The notes: generated by a model not told the origin, from the sequence alone. A stretch of 59,328 nt of DNA, filler included, from Bipalium vagum (GCA_037834085.1; 3 parts of 3 records of this genome joined end to end with filler, not necessarily neighbours in it), one strand, 5' to 3'; positions 1 through 15,379 are shown, numbered from the whole stretch's first letter. Made by a program: numbers and translations.

Positions 1-479
1 CATAGCTGTAGAATCACAAAAGTTGATAAAGCCGATAGTCAAAACCAAAATAAAATGAAACTTTCCAATTCCAATTTTTGTAAAAGCATTTTCTAATGAC
101 AGCATCGTAACTTTCAACAGACCAGTGTTCAATACTTCTTGTTAAATGGTTCTGGATTTATTTCTATCATAAATAATGTTATAAAACAAGTGGGTTTGTA
201 ACTGAAGATCTTTCTCAGTGATCGTTTTTAGGTAGTTGGTTTTAATATATGATAGATGTTATCATAATTATTTCAAATCATATTAATATATCATTGCGAT
301 TTTAAAATCTTTTGAGGGTTATAAAATTAATAATAATAATAATAATAAATGAGTCCTTCATATTTCACAGAAAAAATATTGAACATATTGTTATCAAGTT
401 TTGGGTGTTCTGCATATATTATGTTAACATGAAGAAAGGATATTTGATGCGTCTTCAAGATTGATCGGCTGAAGCTTTG

Positions 480-700
480 ATTCTAATAATTACATAATGA
501 ATAATTCTTGGCAGCACTATTCATTTTGACATGTGACCAGCTTAAAAATAGTGCTGTTTACTGCATTTGAAAGTGAATCATAAAGAAAATTTCGTTGATC
601 AAATTCCCCAAGCGTGCAAAAATCATGCGGAACTATTTTGGAGAAACACCAAATATATTAAAGTGTCCAGCAGTGATATTTGATTAAGTCATTTAGATGG
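480..700 (+). mobile_element. possible hAT transposase C-terminal relic
   Basis: KFPKRAKIMRNYFGETP loosely resembles the hAT dimerisation motif FPxLAxxARxYL; heavily decayed, no termini found. Confidence 0.25.
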
Positions 701-2199
701 AGCTTGTTATTGGTATTGGTTCGAAAAAAGAACAACAGATAGTAATGATTTTTTTATGTATCGCATAAATATAACATGTCCTGTTATAAATATATGTAAA
801 ATCTACTAATTTTTAAACCAATGGGATGCCCTCAAAACCCCTCTCAAATTTCAAATTTTAGTGATAAGAAAAATTTAATGTATTATTTTAAAAAGAAATC
901 GATTTTTATATTTATGAAGCACAATTAAAATTATTTTTTGGTATTCTTTTTTACCTAATCTTAAGCATCTTATTTTAGCATATCCAAACTTTTGTCAACA
1001 TTCAGTAAAAACTCAAATTTTTTCAAAATTTATCACCAAATTAAAGTAGTAAGTTCTGGTGATCTCTTAATATCCATGATTTCAGTATCTCTGATTTTTT
1101 AATATTCAATTGATTTATCTTTAATGAAAGTTACTTTAAGCGATTTTTACTTTACTTCAGATGAGAAAACACCGATAATATACCGTCAATATATCATAAA
1201 AAAGACAATTTAATTATTTCTGTTAATATTAATTTAATTAAATATCCGAATAAAATCACCTTTTTACACAAAAACTGTTGTGAGCAATTGCTCAACACAA
1301 ATTCGTTAGAATTTAAAATTGCAGTAAAAAACCCAAACAATCTATCCCTTTAGAAAATGATAAAGGGTCAATTATCCTGATTAGTTAGATATGAATTACC
1401 CTAACATCTTTCCACTTAACAGATGCATTTTAAAATAATTGTTATAATTTTAAAAGATGTAGAAATGTAAAAGCTTTTAATTTGTTTCTCTTCAAATATT
1501 AGCTCATTAATATATCATTTTTAGGTAACATTTGGCTTAATTAGTTACACCAACACCGAACTATGACTGTAAAATAATTTTTGATTTAAATTTCAGAATA
1601 AGGTCAAATTTAATATAAATAAACAAATAATTTCTTAGTTTCAATATTAATTATGAATCAATCATCAAAAATATAAGAAGTATATAAAGGTTTTTGCAGA
1701 TAATTATAGAAAAATATTCAAAATAATTATAATTCTATGCAAAATAATAAGAAAATAATGACTAAATTGAATATATAATTAGTTTAATAAATAAGTAAAT
1801 ATTGTTTATTTTATATTTTCCTTATTCTTAATACTCAATATTTTATATTGTCATTTAACGTATTGCTTTATGACAAAACATTATTAATATTAAAAATTTT
1901 TATTAGAAATGAAGAAGTGAAAATGAATAGGTTGGATAATATATAATTTTAAAATTTGATATTCTGAATATTAGAATCAGTACTATTGAGCTGCAATTAT
2001 GCATATGTCAGGATCTACACAAAGTAAGAAAAATTTTACTTTCGCGAAAGCACGAACCTTAGATTTGGAGATCACTACGGGCTAATTATGATAATAATAA
2101 TAATCATCATCATAATCAATATAATATAATTAAATAGGTTTTAAATAATGTTCAATATTTAAGTATTAAATTTTAAACCTGACTCCAACTCTTAGGTGG

Positions 2200-3097
2200 T
2201 GCAAAATAACAACAGCTAGTGAAGCAATAAATTGTATTTATATCAAAAATGTCTAAATGTTAGCAAATGTACTATTCAGTCATTCTTGGCAAGTATTGGC
2301 ATCAGAAAGTTATGCTCACTATTCGTGCCACGTTTTCTAACTGCTGATATGCAAGATTACCGTATGGAGTGCTGCAAACAGAATCTGGAAACTTTACAAC
2401 GTGTTGGGGACCACATGCTGGATAACATCATCACGATGGATGAGACGCTTCTATCTCTCTATATTCCAGAGTTTAGAAGGATATCAAAAGAATGGAAACT
2501 TTCTGAAGAGACCAGTTCAAGAAAGATGAAGATATCATCACACAAAAAAGCCTTAATGTTCTCCATTTTTTTGGGATGCTAATGGAGTGATTCTCCTCGA
2601 TTTTTCTCAATCACGTGTTCGTCTCAATAGTGAATACTATATCAACCTTGTGCGACAAGCTATGACACTGAGAAGGAAGTGTCGAGTCTCTGAATTGTAT
2701 TATCTGCATGACAACGCACCTATTCAAACTAGTGGATTGTCAACAACAACAATTAAGGATTGTGGCTTGATTTTGCTCTTACATCCTCCCTACAGTCAGA
2801 CTTGACTCTTCCGATTTCTTTTTGTTCAAACACGTCAAGCGTGAACTACGAGGTAAAAATTTTTCGTCAAAAGATTATTTGCAGAAGACTGTAACTGATT
2901 ATCTGAACGACACATCTCCAAGCTTCTTCAAAAATGCATTCTCGCAACTTTTTACTAGCTGGAAAAAATTTCTTGGCGTTTCTGGGAACTTTATTGAAAA
3001 CTAATTACCTGTACATATTCATTGTTATTAATACAAATTTTTTTGTGATAATTTCTTGTTTTCTACGATAGGCTCTATACTTATTTGGCACACTACG
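2200..3097 (+). mobile_element. mariner (DD34D) transposase pseudogene with 3' TIR
   Basis: Frameshifted ORFs with FVPRFL, ITMDET, HDNAP and HPPYSQ; ends ...ttatttggcacactacg-TA. Confidence 0.9.
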
Positions 3098-3319
3098 TAT
3101 TTTATTGGGAAAATAAGTAGTAATTCATTATAATATTAAACCATCTTCAAGATAATGATTTAATATCAAAAATGTATATTTTTTTCAAAAAAATTTTAAA
3201 TGCTAGAAAATACAATTAAGGTCTTTTAATAAGATAATAACACCGAATATGGTTAAATATCACAGCTAGTTATTGTTATAACCAACAGTTCATAATAAAT
3301 CTTAATAATAATTATTATA

Positions 3320-4295
3320 CATTCTTTTAAGAAAAAAGTATACACCACGATATTTGTCCAGCATGACCTAAAATTTATAGTAATAAGACACATTCATGCA
3401 AAAATTTTATTTCAAAGACATTAACACGATAAATGAAATATACAGAAATAATATTATATACGATTTAAACGTTAGCATTTAGTATATCCACCTTTTACCG
3501 CTATCAGCGCCTGTATGCGACTTGGTATAGAACTCGAAATCAGGTGTAATTTCTTGGTTTCAGCACTGAAAAAACGCAGAATTCAGTTCTTTTTATCTCC
3601 ATAATTCTTGAAGAGCATTCGGTTTTGTACAATGTGACACATGCTTTTTATGGGATTTAAATCCTGTGAATTTGGCGGAAAATCCATGACAGTGATGTGA
3701 TCCTTGAAAAGCCAATCCGGTGTAATCTTGGATTTATGACACTATCATTGTTTTGTAAAAAAATTGCACCGATAATACTGGGGAAAAGATTGTGGATGGT
3801 TGGAATTAATTGGGTTCTTAGAATGATAATGTACGTTTCAGAATTCACAGTATTTTCAATACGACTGACACGACCTGGTTCTCTTCCACAAAAACATGAT
3901 CAAAACATTAAACTAGGAAAAAAATTTTCAGTTTGTGTCACAGAAGAGTCCAACCATTTTTCTCTGTCTTCCATCCATAGTTGAACATCACTGTCATTGC
4001 CAAATACTAAAATGTTCTTTTCACTGAACCATAGTTCACACTGAAATTTCTGGAAATTTCCCACAAAGAATATCCTCCTCTTAATTCAACCACCCTTCCT
4101 TTCATAAATTCTGTTAAATGTTTGCCGATCTTTATAAAATAAATAGATTATTAACTGTCTAAAATGAGAAATACATATAACCTAATAATAGAAATCAATT
4201 CATTATATCAAATATAAGACAGAATATGCATAGAAAACATTAATCATAATTTTATGAAAAATGGCATTGTGTATACTTTTTTTCTTAACAGACTA
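3320..4295 (-). mobile_element. internally deleted Tc1-like element with both TIRs
   Basis: Imperfect TIRs cattcttttaagaaaaaagtatacac / gtgtatactttttttcttaacagact, TA at left; minus-strand remnants MNSETY..L..IPT and IFLQNND. Confidence 0.8.
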
Positions 4296-4449
4296 GAATC
4301 AAAGTAATTTTATCTCGCCGTCAATATATTAAAAAATAAATTTTCGAATTAATGAGCTATTAAAGGAAATAGCTTTCCAAACGTAGTCTGGCAGTAGCAG
4401 ACCAATCTCTACGGCTATATAAGGTAAAAATTTCAATAAGAAATTCGTC

Positions 4450-4790
4450 CAAAATAAGATTTCGCAAAGATTTTTTGTTCTCGTTCAAGATGATCAATAA
4501 GAAGATTATGTACATTTTTCTTCAATCATCAAGAGAGGACTGTTAGATCTGCACTAGGAAATTCTTCCATACCCATTGTACTTTCTATGTATTGTGTCAA
4601 TATATTTTTACGTATTCAGGTCAATGGAACATTCTCTAGAAGACATGCAATTCAATTCATATGAAGATGTTCAACATTTGGTGACCAATTGGATTTATTT
4701 TGAAGAAAAATCATTTTATCACTAAGAAATATCCATGTTATCATGTGATTTTTAACAATGGAAAATACTTTGACTGATTTTAATGTTTTA
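4450..4790 (+). mobile_element. mariner transposase C-terminal fragment
   Basis: VFRSMEHSLEDMQFNSYEDVQHLVTNWI is typical of the mariner C-terminus. Confidence 0.7.
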
Positions 4791-6924
4791 TTTCCATAAA
4801 CTAAATATTAAGAGTTTTTTAAAAACTCTAAAATTGATACACTCTTATTGTTTTTTAGATTTTAATAACATAACTTTTAGAATATCTTTTGTCGATCTAT
4901 TAAGTCAATATTGAATTTAATTCAATCATTTCGTAGTTAAATCATGTCTTTACACTTGTCTTTAACTCAAACCAGATCTCTCCATTAACTTTAACTGCAC
5001 GATTAGATGTCTTATAATAAATTTTGTTCATAACTACTTCAACAGAAATGTTTCCGATTCTTGGTTTTGGGAACTAATAAAGTTGCAGGAGCACTCAGTA
5101 ATTTTCTTCCTATTTTTGATCGAGTCCTTAAAATTAAAGTTCGAGTAAAATTAGAAATAATTCAATTTCAGTAGTTTGCTCCAATTGACGAAATCATTGA
5201 GAATAACTGAATCTTTTTTGAACTGTATGATCATTGTTTTGGAATACAGGAACAGACAGTCTAAATTGTGTAATGGAAGTTACAAAATTGAAGTCTTTGT
5301 TGAGGTTGAAACAGAATTACCAAAATAGTTTAGTACAATCAAAGATAAATCATTGAAGGTTAGTGGATTATTTTCATCTAATTAATTTTCAATGTCCATT
5401 TTTTACTTAATAGATAATTTATCACTATATTTTCCTTTTCTTTTTTATTTGCTTTGTCTTTGTCATTAGAAAAGACCCTTGAATGCTAGAGATTTTGCAA
5501 CCATCTTTTAATATGAAAAGTCACACGCCTTCTCAATTCAAGATTTACAGGTATTCTTTGGATTTTCTGTGTAGAATGTTCTGTCTTTTCCTCTTGCACT
5601 TTATTTGATTGTTCGGTGTTTTTCTCAGAATTAAATGGATGACAAAAAATTGTAGAAGAATGATATGAAATTCGATAACGTTAGAGCATCTTGCATAATC
5701 TTTTTTTTTACTATTTTATGTATAAAAAATATGTTATATTATTTTACAGATTTTATTAGGGATGCTAGATGAAATGAATTTTTAAAAAAATAAAAAAATT
5801 CTTTTATCAGATGTTTTAGCAGTCTAATGACTGTTACTAAATCAATTGCACTTGTGAAACAATTAAGACTCATTAATATATTTTTAAAATTTAATTTAAT
5901 AAAGGTTTTTTATCCTTTACAATTTAGGTACTGAAAATAATATTTAATTATTTTAAAAATTATAATATTTTTAATAATTATCAATTTAATAATTATAACT
6001 AATTGTTATGATATTATTAATCGTCACCGTGTTAAAAACTTCAAAATGTTTATTATCAAAGTATTTTTTAATGATTTCTTTTTTTCACATTTTAAGAAAC
6101 ATTGGTTGACTTTTATTATAAAATTGTGCAGGGGTGAATATTATCTGTTAAAAGATTGAATTACAACAAGAGAGTCAAGTTATTTTAAAAAAAATTAAAA
6201 CCAGATTATTGAATTTTTAAAAAAAATAATTTTATAAAAATTTCAGTTCAAATTTAATAATGGAAAAGTAATTTTAAAAAGCAGAAGTAATTGCCATGAA
6301 ATAAATTTCTTCAAAATTTTTAATTAATTTAATTTTTGTCAGTTCGAATATTATTTTATATATTATTATACTCTGATGTAAAAGTAAACATTAAATATTT
6401 TTGCAGACTAAAATTTTAGGAAATACGAAGAAAATCTAATTTATTTAACTCACAAAATCATTTATGATCAAACGTTGTCGTAAATATGTTTTCTAATTAG
6501 AATATTTATACAGATCTTTTTAATCTAACATTTTATGTCCTCTATAAATTTACATTCTTCTTAAATTTAATTTTCTAAATTAAAAAAAACATCTGTTATA
6601 CTAAGATTATCATTTTAATGTTTTCATATTTTGGTTAAAAATATAAAAATTAATTTTATATTATTTATTATTTATATTTACATTATTCTGAATTATCATA
6701 TTATTAAAATATTTTCTGATTAAGAACACTACTGGTTAAATTGGGCATTGAAATGAATTTATTGATTTTATTCAAATAATTAAAAAATTAAAACAAATTT
6801 TTTTTCTTGTTCTTATATCAATAATTTATAATTATCATTTAATCGAACCATTGCTTTAAAATGTCGATAGATTTTATAAAAAGTTCTAAAAGCGAATTAA
6901 ATTAAAGAATTAAATTTCAATTAA

Positions 6925-7862
6925 AGAAGAACGTGCCTTGGTTCGCACAAGTCTCAAAAATCGGCGTCTGACATCCTCTGAACTAAAAATGGAATTTAAC
7001 AATTACTATGGAGTTTCTGTAACAGCGGCAACCGTGAGAAATTCTATGTTCCGTTAATATGGATTGCGTGGCTGTGTGGCTGTCAGAAAGCCACTGTTGT
7101 CAGAGACTAATTGCAAGAAGAGATTAGCTTTTGCTCTCAACCACTTGTCATGGAGGTAGACCAATGGAAGCACATTCTTTGGAGTGTTGAGAGGTGGTTC
7201 GAATTATTTTGTGGAGATAAACGCATCTATGTATGAAAAAAATGAAAAGTACTTACCAGCATGTATCAATCCAACAGTAAAATTTGGAGGAGGCTCTCTC
7301 ATTGTATGGGGATGCATGTCCTTGGCTTGATTTGGTCGCCTATTCCACTGCACCGAGATTATGAATCAACATTTGTATATAGATGTTCCGAAGAAGCACA
7401 TGTTGCCATCTGCAAGAGAGTTATTTGACCGTAATAAACCATTTATCTTTCAGTACGACAATGCTGCAAGTCATAAGGCCAAACTGGTCACTGACTTTCT
7501 TGCTCGGACACCTGGAAAATTAGGATTGGCCAACCCAAAGTCTAAGCTTAAATCCCATTGAGCACCTATGGAATATTATCATTAGGAAGATACAAGGAAA
7601 GAAACCAAGCAGTCTAAAGTAATTATTTAATGAATTAAATAAGGCTTGACAGCTCATCACTCCAGAGGAAGCCCGCAACTTGGTGGAGTCCATGCCATAG
7701 CGTATACGGGCAGTAATTGCATCCATAGGTCTACAAACAAAATATTGACGGTGCATGCGAAATTCCAGTTTTTATGTATACGGATATAGCACTGTTTAAT
7801 TTTAATTATATATTTTTTTTATTATTTTGATTATTTGGTTTTCTTTAAAAATTTGCACTGTA
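6925..7862 (+). mobile_element. Tc1 (DD34E) transposase pseudogene
   Basis: RKPLLS..KKRLAFA, WKHILWS, PTVKFGGGSLIVWGCMS, FQYDNA, NPIEHLW, LVESMP.RIRAVI; ends gcactg-TA. Confidence 0.92.
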
Positions 7863-9090
7863 TTTCTTTAGATAAATTATAAAATCACCTGATTTGCAAT
7901 TTTTGTGATGTGGATAAAAAGTTCTTAGACTCATGTAGAAATAAAATGAAGTCTATGAAAATTTTTACATAAAACAATTAATATATATAAACAAATATTA
8001 TTGAATTTGTGGAGCATCTCAAAATAACAACATTTCATAATGAACAATTATTTTGTGATTTTTTAAATTTTATTTTTATCTTTGTAATATGGGATCATCA
8101 AGACAAATATAATAATAATTATTAATTTTATTATTTATTATTAATTACTACCAAAAAATAAATAAAAAATGGATTTATATAGAAAATAAATATGGAAAAT
8201 AGAAATTATTATGAACAGAAATAAATGTAAATAAAATAATATTTTACTAAAAATAGAATTAAGGCAAATAAAATTATATGAATTTCTAAAAATAGAAATG
8301 AGATGTTTCTAAAAATAGAAATTACAGAAAAAAATTGTATATAAACCAAAGAAAAATAGTAAAACGACACACAATAATTCTCACCAAGAGCTCAGTAATT
8401 TACACAGAGGACTCTAAAAGAGACAAGCGATTTCAAGCATCACAATAAGGATAAATTATTCTAGAAAATTTCAAAGACGTGGTGGACCAATAACATTTAC
8501 AAAACTTAGTAAGAAATCTTTATTCTCATTTTATAAACTCTACGAATTTTCGTAACAGCAGTTTATTTTAATCTTAAAATATATTATTTATTATCAAGTA
8601 ATCTTTACCGATTGACTTGATATTATTATTATTATTATTAACTAAACTCTTCTAAATAAGTGCTTGAAGCTTTTCGAGAATCAAATAAAGTTTATCTTTT
8701 CCTTTTTCTTCTTTTTTATTTTTACAATTTACACAGCCGCTAGCTGGTAAATTGCTGAGAACTTTTGAGCATTAAACTAAGTTTGTGCCAAAAGATATCT
8801 GTATTTGATAATCCAATAACGTGTTTAATTGTAAAAACCAGATTTGCAAATAAATATTTTATAAAAAACATTTTTGTTCTCTCAGTTCATTTGAATTTTT
8901 ATTTGATCGATTATTGTGACAGTGATTTTTAGTTTTTGTGCCTGAACGTTCATCCGTAAATCCTTCTGATATTAAATACTTTGTTAAGTAACCTAAAAGC
9001 CCAATTTCGGTATTTTAAACTTAAAATCAGCCACTTTTTAGGAACTGAACAAATCTGTTTTAAATAATAACCGTTTAATGATATTATTTA

Positions 9091-10100
9091 CGAGGCTTTC
9101 TTGAAAAATGTTTCCGCAAGTTGAATTTTTCAGTGTTATTTTTTGCTTCTGAGGAGAACAGAAGCAAATAATTTTTTTCTTTTTAACTAGATGAAGAATA
9201 TGAAAATAAAGCAAGGCTATTTAATAATAATAATTAAACAATGAAATCTTCTTCAAGCTGAAACAATGTGTTATGAAGAAAGAAGTAAACAACCACAAGA
9301 TAAGAAATTCTAAAAATGATAATTGTTTGTGAAAGAATAAAGACGGATTACCCAGAGAAATCTACATAAAAAATTAATTTAAAATAAAATAAAAAATTCC
9401 ATAGAACTTTGTAGAATTCTTTACATTCATCATGTTAAGTGAGGATCATGCAAATTCTAGGAATACTAATTTTTGACAACAGGTATGCAAAAAAAGTGTT
9501 TTCTACAGCAAGTGTGAGTCTCGTGAATGTTTTTCAGATGAAAAGCTATCAAAATACTTCATTCAAAACAATCTAATAGAAAATTTCTCATGCTTATTAT
9601 GATTTTGGATTTAAAGGAAATGCTAAAGACCAAGTTTACTGCAGAAAGCTCCAACTCGAAATACTTCTAGGTATTTTTTAGTGCTGAGAAAAAGTTATGA
9701 TGCAAGCCAAAGGATGTCAACGCTCCAGCCATAAAGCTCACTGAAGTATGGATGTAATAGCTGAAAAAGGTTTCGTGTTGGTTTCACATCCATTATATAG
9801 CCATTATTTGGCTTCTAGTGATTTTTTTAATTATTTGAAAAAACATTTACAAGGACAGAAAATAGAGTCCAAAGAAGGTCTTATAAGACTAGTGCAATAT
9901 TTTTCAATAAAAAAGGAACTTTTCTTCGAAAATGACATTTTTTCATTAGTAAATGAATGTTCAATATAAATGGAACCAGGTGGTTAATATATAGAAAATG
10001 AATCTGGGTTTGCCTATATATTTCATTTGCTGTAAATAAAAAAATAATTCTACTATCATTCCTAATTCTCCACGAGTTTAAGAACTTTTTATTAAAACCA
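9091..10100 (+). mobile_element. decayed mariner element
   Basis: Starts TA-cgaggctttcttgaaaa; HPLYSHYLASSDFF.YLKKHLQG motif. Confidence 0.75.
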
Positions 10101-11099
10101 TACAACATTTTTTGAAACTATAAAATATGAAAAGGACTCTATGGTAACACAATACAATCATGTATCCTTCATATAAAATTTTTTATAAAATGAGATGATA
10201 ACATAAATTATCACAGTATAAAATTCATTTACTGAATATCAGACCTTATTTTCATAGTGGAAACATGTAATCAGAATAAGGATACTGCATAAAGGTTATG
10301 TTTAGAATTTTTTACATTTATCATGTAAAATTGACTTTCCTTAATCAAGGGTCATGTAAATTTTAAAAATACTCAAAAAAACAGTAGAGGTATGACTGCA
10401 AGAATATGTACAAGTTCAGAAAAAATCAGTAATTTTTATAGTAGTAGGAAAGCCCTTTATACATCCTATTTGATTAAATTCCACTCCAACATTCATTTTA
10501 TCATTTATCGTCAAATGATGTTACAGAGCATTATAATAAAGAAATAAATTTAATGTACTACTTTTAAGAAGAAATAGGAAAAAATTATTCGATGCTCACT
10601 GATGGAATTAATAGCATTTGAAGTCCCATAATAAATTTCGGTATATCTCATAATACAAATAATTGAATAAAATGGAAGCACGTTTCTGTTCTGATATGAA
10701 ACTTCAAGGCTGAACAACATTTGAGCCTGACAAGGAGCACTGTATAATTTGTGATCCACCTCTCCTGTGATTTGGGAAGAGAAGGCATCTGAATTATTTC
10801 ACGGAGAAAATTCTCCCCGTTTCTCAATTCTTTAAAAAGTGTATGATTGATATAAAAAATTAGATAAATAAAAATACTTTCATGTAACTGTAATTTTTGT
10901 AATACATTAATGTACGTACGTCGTTACATTTATGCAATTTTACAAATTTGAGTATTTTCAATATTCTTATATCTAAATAAAAATATTTAATAATTATTTT
11001 AAACAATAAATTTTACCAATTTAGAGATTTTTTTCTAACACTTTTGTCCTGATTGGTCGTTGCCTTATGTCTACCTAGTAATTTAAAGCGACTTATTTT

Positions 11100-11860
11100 G
11101 CATGATTATTTAAACATGAAAAAGCTTTAAGTAAAAATGGGTGCAGCATCTACTAGCAATCGATGAGAAGCGCATTTGCATGGGATTTTCTCAATCATAT
11201 CTGGATCGATTGAATGATAATAAAACGTATTTTCTGACCCGTTTAGTTAGTATGGATGAAACCTGGATCCACCAGTCTACAAAAGAGACAAAGTACATTT
11301 CCAAACATTGAATGGAAGTTGGTTCAACTGCACTAAAAAAGATCAAGATAATTTCATCGACAAGGAAAGCATCTGTATTTTGGAATGCAAAAGAAAATTT
11401 GTTATTAAATTACCATGAGAAAGAAAAAAAAATCAACTCCCAATGTAAGACTATTGGATCAACTGGATGACACAATCGTGAAAAACAATCAGGTTTGCAG
11501 AAAAAAATCATTTTTGCAAGACAATGCATCCGCTCACAAAGGCTTTTTAGCCTTTCAAAAATAAATGAATTGAAGTATGACTTACTACCACATCCATCCT
11601 AATCATAAAAATTGGATCCATCAGAAATCTTTTTTCTCAAACCTGAAAAATTCTTATCTGAAAATCGTTTTCATGAATATCAATAACCAATAAATTTTGT
11701 GGATTCTTACTTTGTAGGTCTTTATGAAAGTCCTTACAACCAAGGTATCCAATTGCTAGAAAGACTTTTGATTAAATATGTTGAGCTGAAAGGAGACTTT
11801 AGAAAAATAATGTAATCTTTGAATTGATTATTATTTCTTCAAACATTTGGACCTTAGCGA
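11100..11860 (+). mobile_element. decayed mariner transposase
   Basis: VSMDETWIH, QDNASAHK and a degenerate HPxYSxDLxPS. Confidence 0.85.
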
Positions 11861-13613
11861 GAAAATCATCCCCAATGATGACGCTGTTATTAAAACTTTT
11901 GAAAACGTTGTAACATCTAGAACTCAAGATTTTTATCGAATCGGAATAAATAGATTGTGATTCGTTGGGAGAAATGTGTACAGTGTAATGGTTTCTATTT
12001 CTAAAAAATGAAAATTTGTTTAATCTGTGATTCATTCATTTGAAGTTCAATGTTAAAAACCGCCAAACGTTAGTTTCATATTTGATAATCTGATATTTTT
12101 TAAAAGTTCGTAAAATTTTTGGGAAATTTAAAACTAAAATTTATTAATTAAATTTTTCATCAGTTTTTCTAATAAAACATTGTTTTAAGAAATCTACAGA
12201 ATTAAACAATCTTTTTGTAGTGACAAAAAACAAAAATATGAAAAAGAATGAAATGGACTTTAAAATATTTCCAGAATAAGTTGGTATTTGTCCTTGTTTT
12301 GTTTCTAGACCCTTAACCAATATGTCCCAAACAAAACAAATAGGTATTCCTAATCAGGTTTCAAAACGTACAGCTCGTCCAATAAATCAATGCGATCAAG
12401 TATCAATAGAATTTTACCAAAGTAGCTTTGGTCTCGTTACAGGTGTTAAGTAAAATGCAATGAGATCACAAATAAAAAATGTAGAGGAAGGTGTTCATTG
12501 ATTAGTGAAACGTTTAGACTAAAGAGGAAAATCAAAGTGGGTTGGAAATCAAATACTGAGTTTACTTGAATAAATCTCCTTAAAGAATTAACCATATGTT
12601 TGTTTGTTTTAATCATTGAAATTTCTGTAATTTTTCAAAATTTGATATCACATATTTTTTTAATATTATATTTCTTCGTATTTGAGAAATATTTAGTAAT
12701 TATCATCGCAATATAAAAATTACAATATTTTAATACACATCAAGCCAATCAATATTATCTAAAATTAAAAGATGAATTTATTGATTTTGATCTGATTTCA
12801 TAAAATACAATTAACTACTGACTTTATTTTAATTAGAAATTACCATTCAGTAATAGAAATTCTTGAAGTCGATATTGGAGACACTAATTATTTTCCCAAT
12901 TTTCTATTTCGATGTCATTAGCAGTGTGAATGATAGTAATTTTATTTTCCCTTCCATAATCCAATTAAATTGCTTAACTTCATTAAACATCTATTCAATA
13001 TTTAATAACAAATTTCGGATAATAAAAACTATGAATTTCTCTTAACGAACCGTGTTGATATTATTTATTTATTTTTCTAGTATTACTTACAACGCTGGAC
13101 ATCTGGTGCACGAAAGCTGTGCTGGAAAAAAATTAAAATAATTTTAAATATTTCCGTTTAATATTTACAAAGTAATTAAATAAATAGACTTAAATATAAT
13201 TAAAGAGATATTAATTATTGTTGCTGAAAACATGTGTCACAATGTCGAAAAGCATTTGCAATTATTTTACATGAGAATATTGATTAATTTTTAATTAAAG
13301 TTTTATTCTAATTCTTTAATCAGTGTCTTTAAATTGTTTAAATCGTCAACTTAAAAATTGGAATAATTGAAATCATATTACATTTTATTGATCGTAATCA
13401 TATTAATTTTTGATTTAATGAAAAAATTATTATTATTTTTAAAATATAAATATGGCATTCCAGGTTAAATAACGAAATTGTTGCATAAAAAGGTCTATTT
13501 TGAAGGTATTTTACTTTAAAAAAAAAGAAGAAAATTTACTAATTTATAAATTTAAGATATTAAAATTAATATTAATATTAAAAATAATATTAATACTATT
13601 AATTTTTTTTAAT

Positions 13614-13621
13614 ATTATTAT

Positions 13622-13660
<39 letters not shown>

Positions 13661-13694
13661 TATTATTATTATTATTATTATTGTTATTATTATT
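13614..13694. repeat. (AAT)n/(ATT)n microsatellite
   Basis: Seen directly; it explains the poly-Ile ORF 13500-13706. Confidence 0.9.
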
Positions 13695-15379
13695 GTAAAA
13701 GGATAAGATCACATTTTACAGACTCCAATCGATTTTAGGCTCAAGACTAGCAAATCAGCCTAGTTATCATCGGTTAAAGTTAATTATTATATTTTATCAT
13801 ATTTGTTTATATTTTATTTCATTCTAATATGGTATGAATGTGATCAATTATTCATAGATACAGATATTTTTTGTCTCCGGTACGAAATAATTATAACTTT
13901 TGTTAATATTAATATTTTATCTGAATAATTTTATAATTCAAAATAATTATTTAAAACAAATTATAATATATAACATTTTTAAGTTTGTTTTAAATGATAA
14001 AATAAATATAAAAATAAAATATGATTATATATATTATATATATTATATGAGTATCTCAATATTTGTATTACTAAACTTTTATTACTTTATTATGATAACA
14101 TGTTATAAATTGCAAAATATTATATTTTTTAATATTGTATTAAATCACAACATAAATATAATGAAACAAATTAGCCGAGTTATTGAAGCCTCAGTTAAAA
14201 ACGATAATTTTCTGCAATTGATTTTTGAAAGCGCACATTTTCTTTTGTAATTTTTTATTTTAACTGAAAATTAATTTTTTTTGTTTAATTTATTTGTTTT
14301 AATTTCCATGCATTATTATTAAAATTGATAATGTAACAATTTTCATAGAATAAATTGAAGTCAAAATTCTGAATTATTTATCCTATCGTTTTGTATTAAG
14401 CGTCACAAAGCGGACTTATTGAAAAGGTTTATCTTATTATAATCTTTGCAATGATAGATTAATATTTTCATCTCTATACTCTTATACTTTAATAAAATGC
14501 TTTACATTCATAGGATCGTATCATTCGTCCATTAACATCACTGTGTTAATTCAACAATATAGATTAAAACCGCTTACAATTTCAAATTGTGTTTATTCAA
14601 AAAATATGGTTGTAAGAAAGCTGTACAAGATTTTTCAGTTGTTAAGAAATGTTATCACGATTAATTATAATACAAGTAGCTTCTATCTCAAGAAATTGAA
14701 ACTCAAGACCACATAATCCCCTAAATGATTATTAAGGCAGTGAAATTATCAAAATTCTCAAACTTTTACTCATGTAGAGCACCCTTCAGATGATATAATA
14801 CATCAAAGATAATTTATAAAATAATTTGGAAATACCTTGATCGTTCTCCCCTAAATAATAGTCCGTCGAAAGTGAAAGAGTCCGGGACGAAATGGACATT
14901 CTTTGGAAAATTATTCTTATATTTCTAATAAAAATTAATATTATTTCTCCAGTTTAGTTTTAATTCTATTATTTCTCTATTTTTCTATTCTATACTTTCA
15001 TGTTATTTTATATTTGATCCTCATTGTTGACATTCATTTAAATCAGCCCAATCTCCATTGAAACATTCTAAGTTTACTTTACGTGCATTATTGTCTTAAG
15101 AATATCCATTAATTCAATTAGTTTTTTTCGCTTGTCTGCTACGCCATTGATATGTTCTATAAATAATTTTTACTAAAGGATTTCTTAAAAATTCAGTTTA
15201 TCTCTAAGTCATGTTCTTGTTCTTCATTCTTCTCTTTTTAACATATTCTGAATTTTTAAAATAAATATTTATAAAATTAAAATAAAATTTGGTTATTTGT
15301 CTTATTTGTTATGGATTGCGTATAACATAACGACTATATTAATATCATGATCATTATATTTCTACAGATTGTATTTTAC

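Noticed and set aside
10330-10830. ORF 10550-10759 as a host exon or Merlin N-terminus
   Set aside because: No convincing splice sites and only vague Cys motifs
13500-14250. Ile/Asn-rich ORFs
   Set aside because: Products of (AAT)n repeats and extreme AT content
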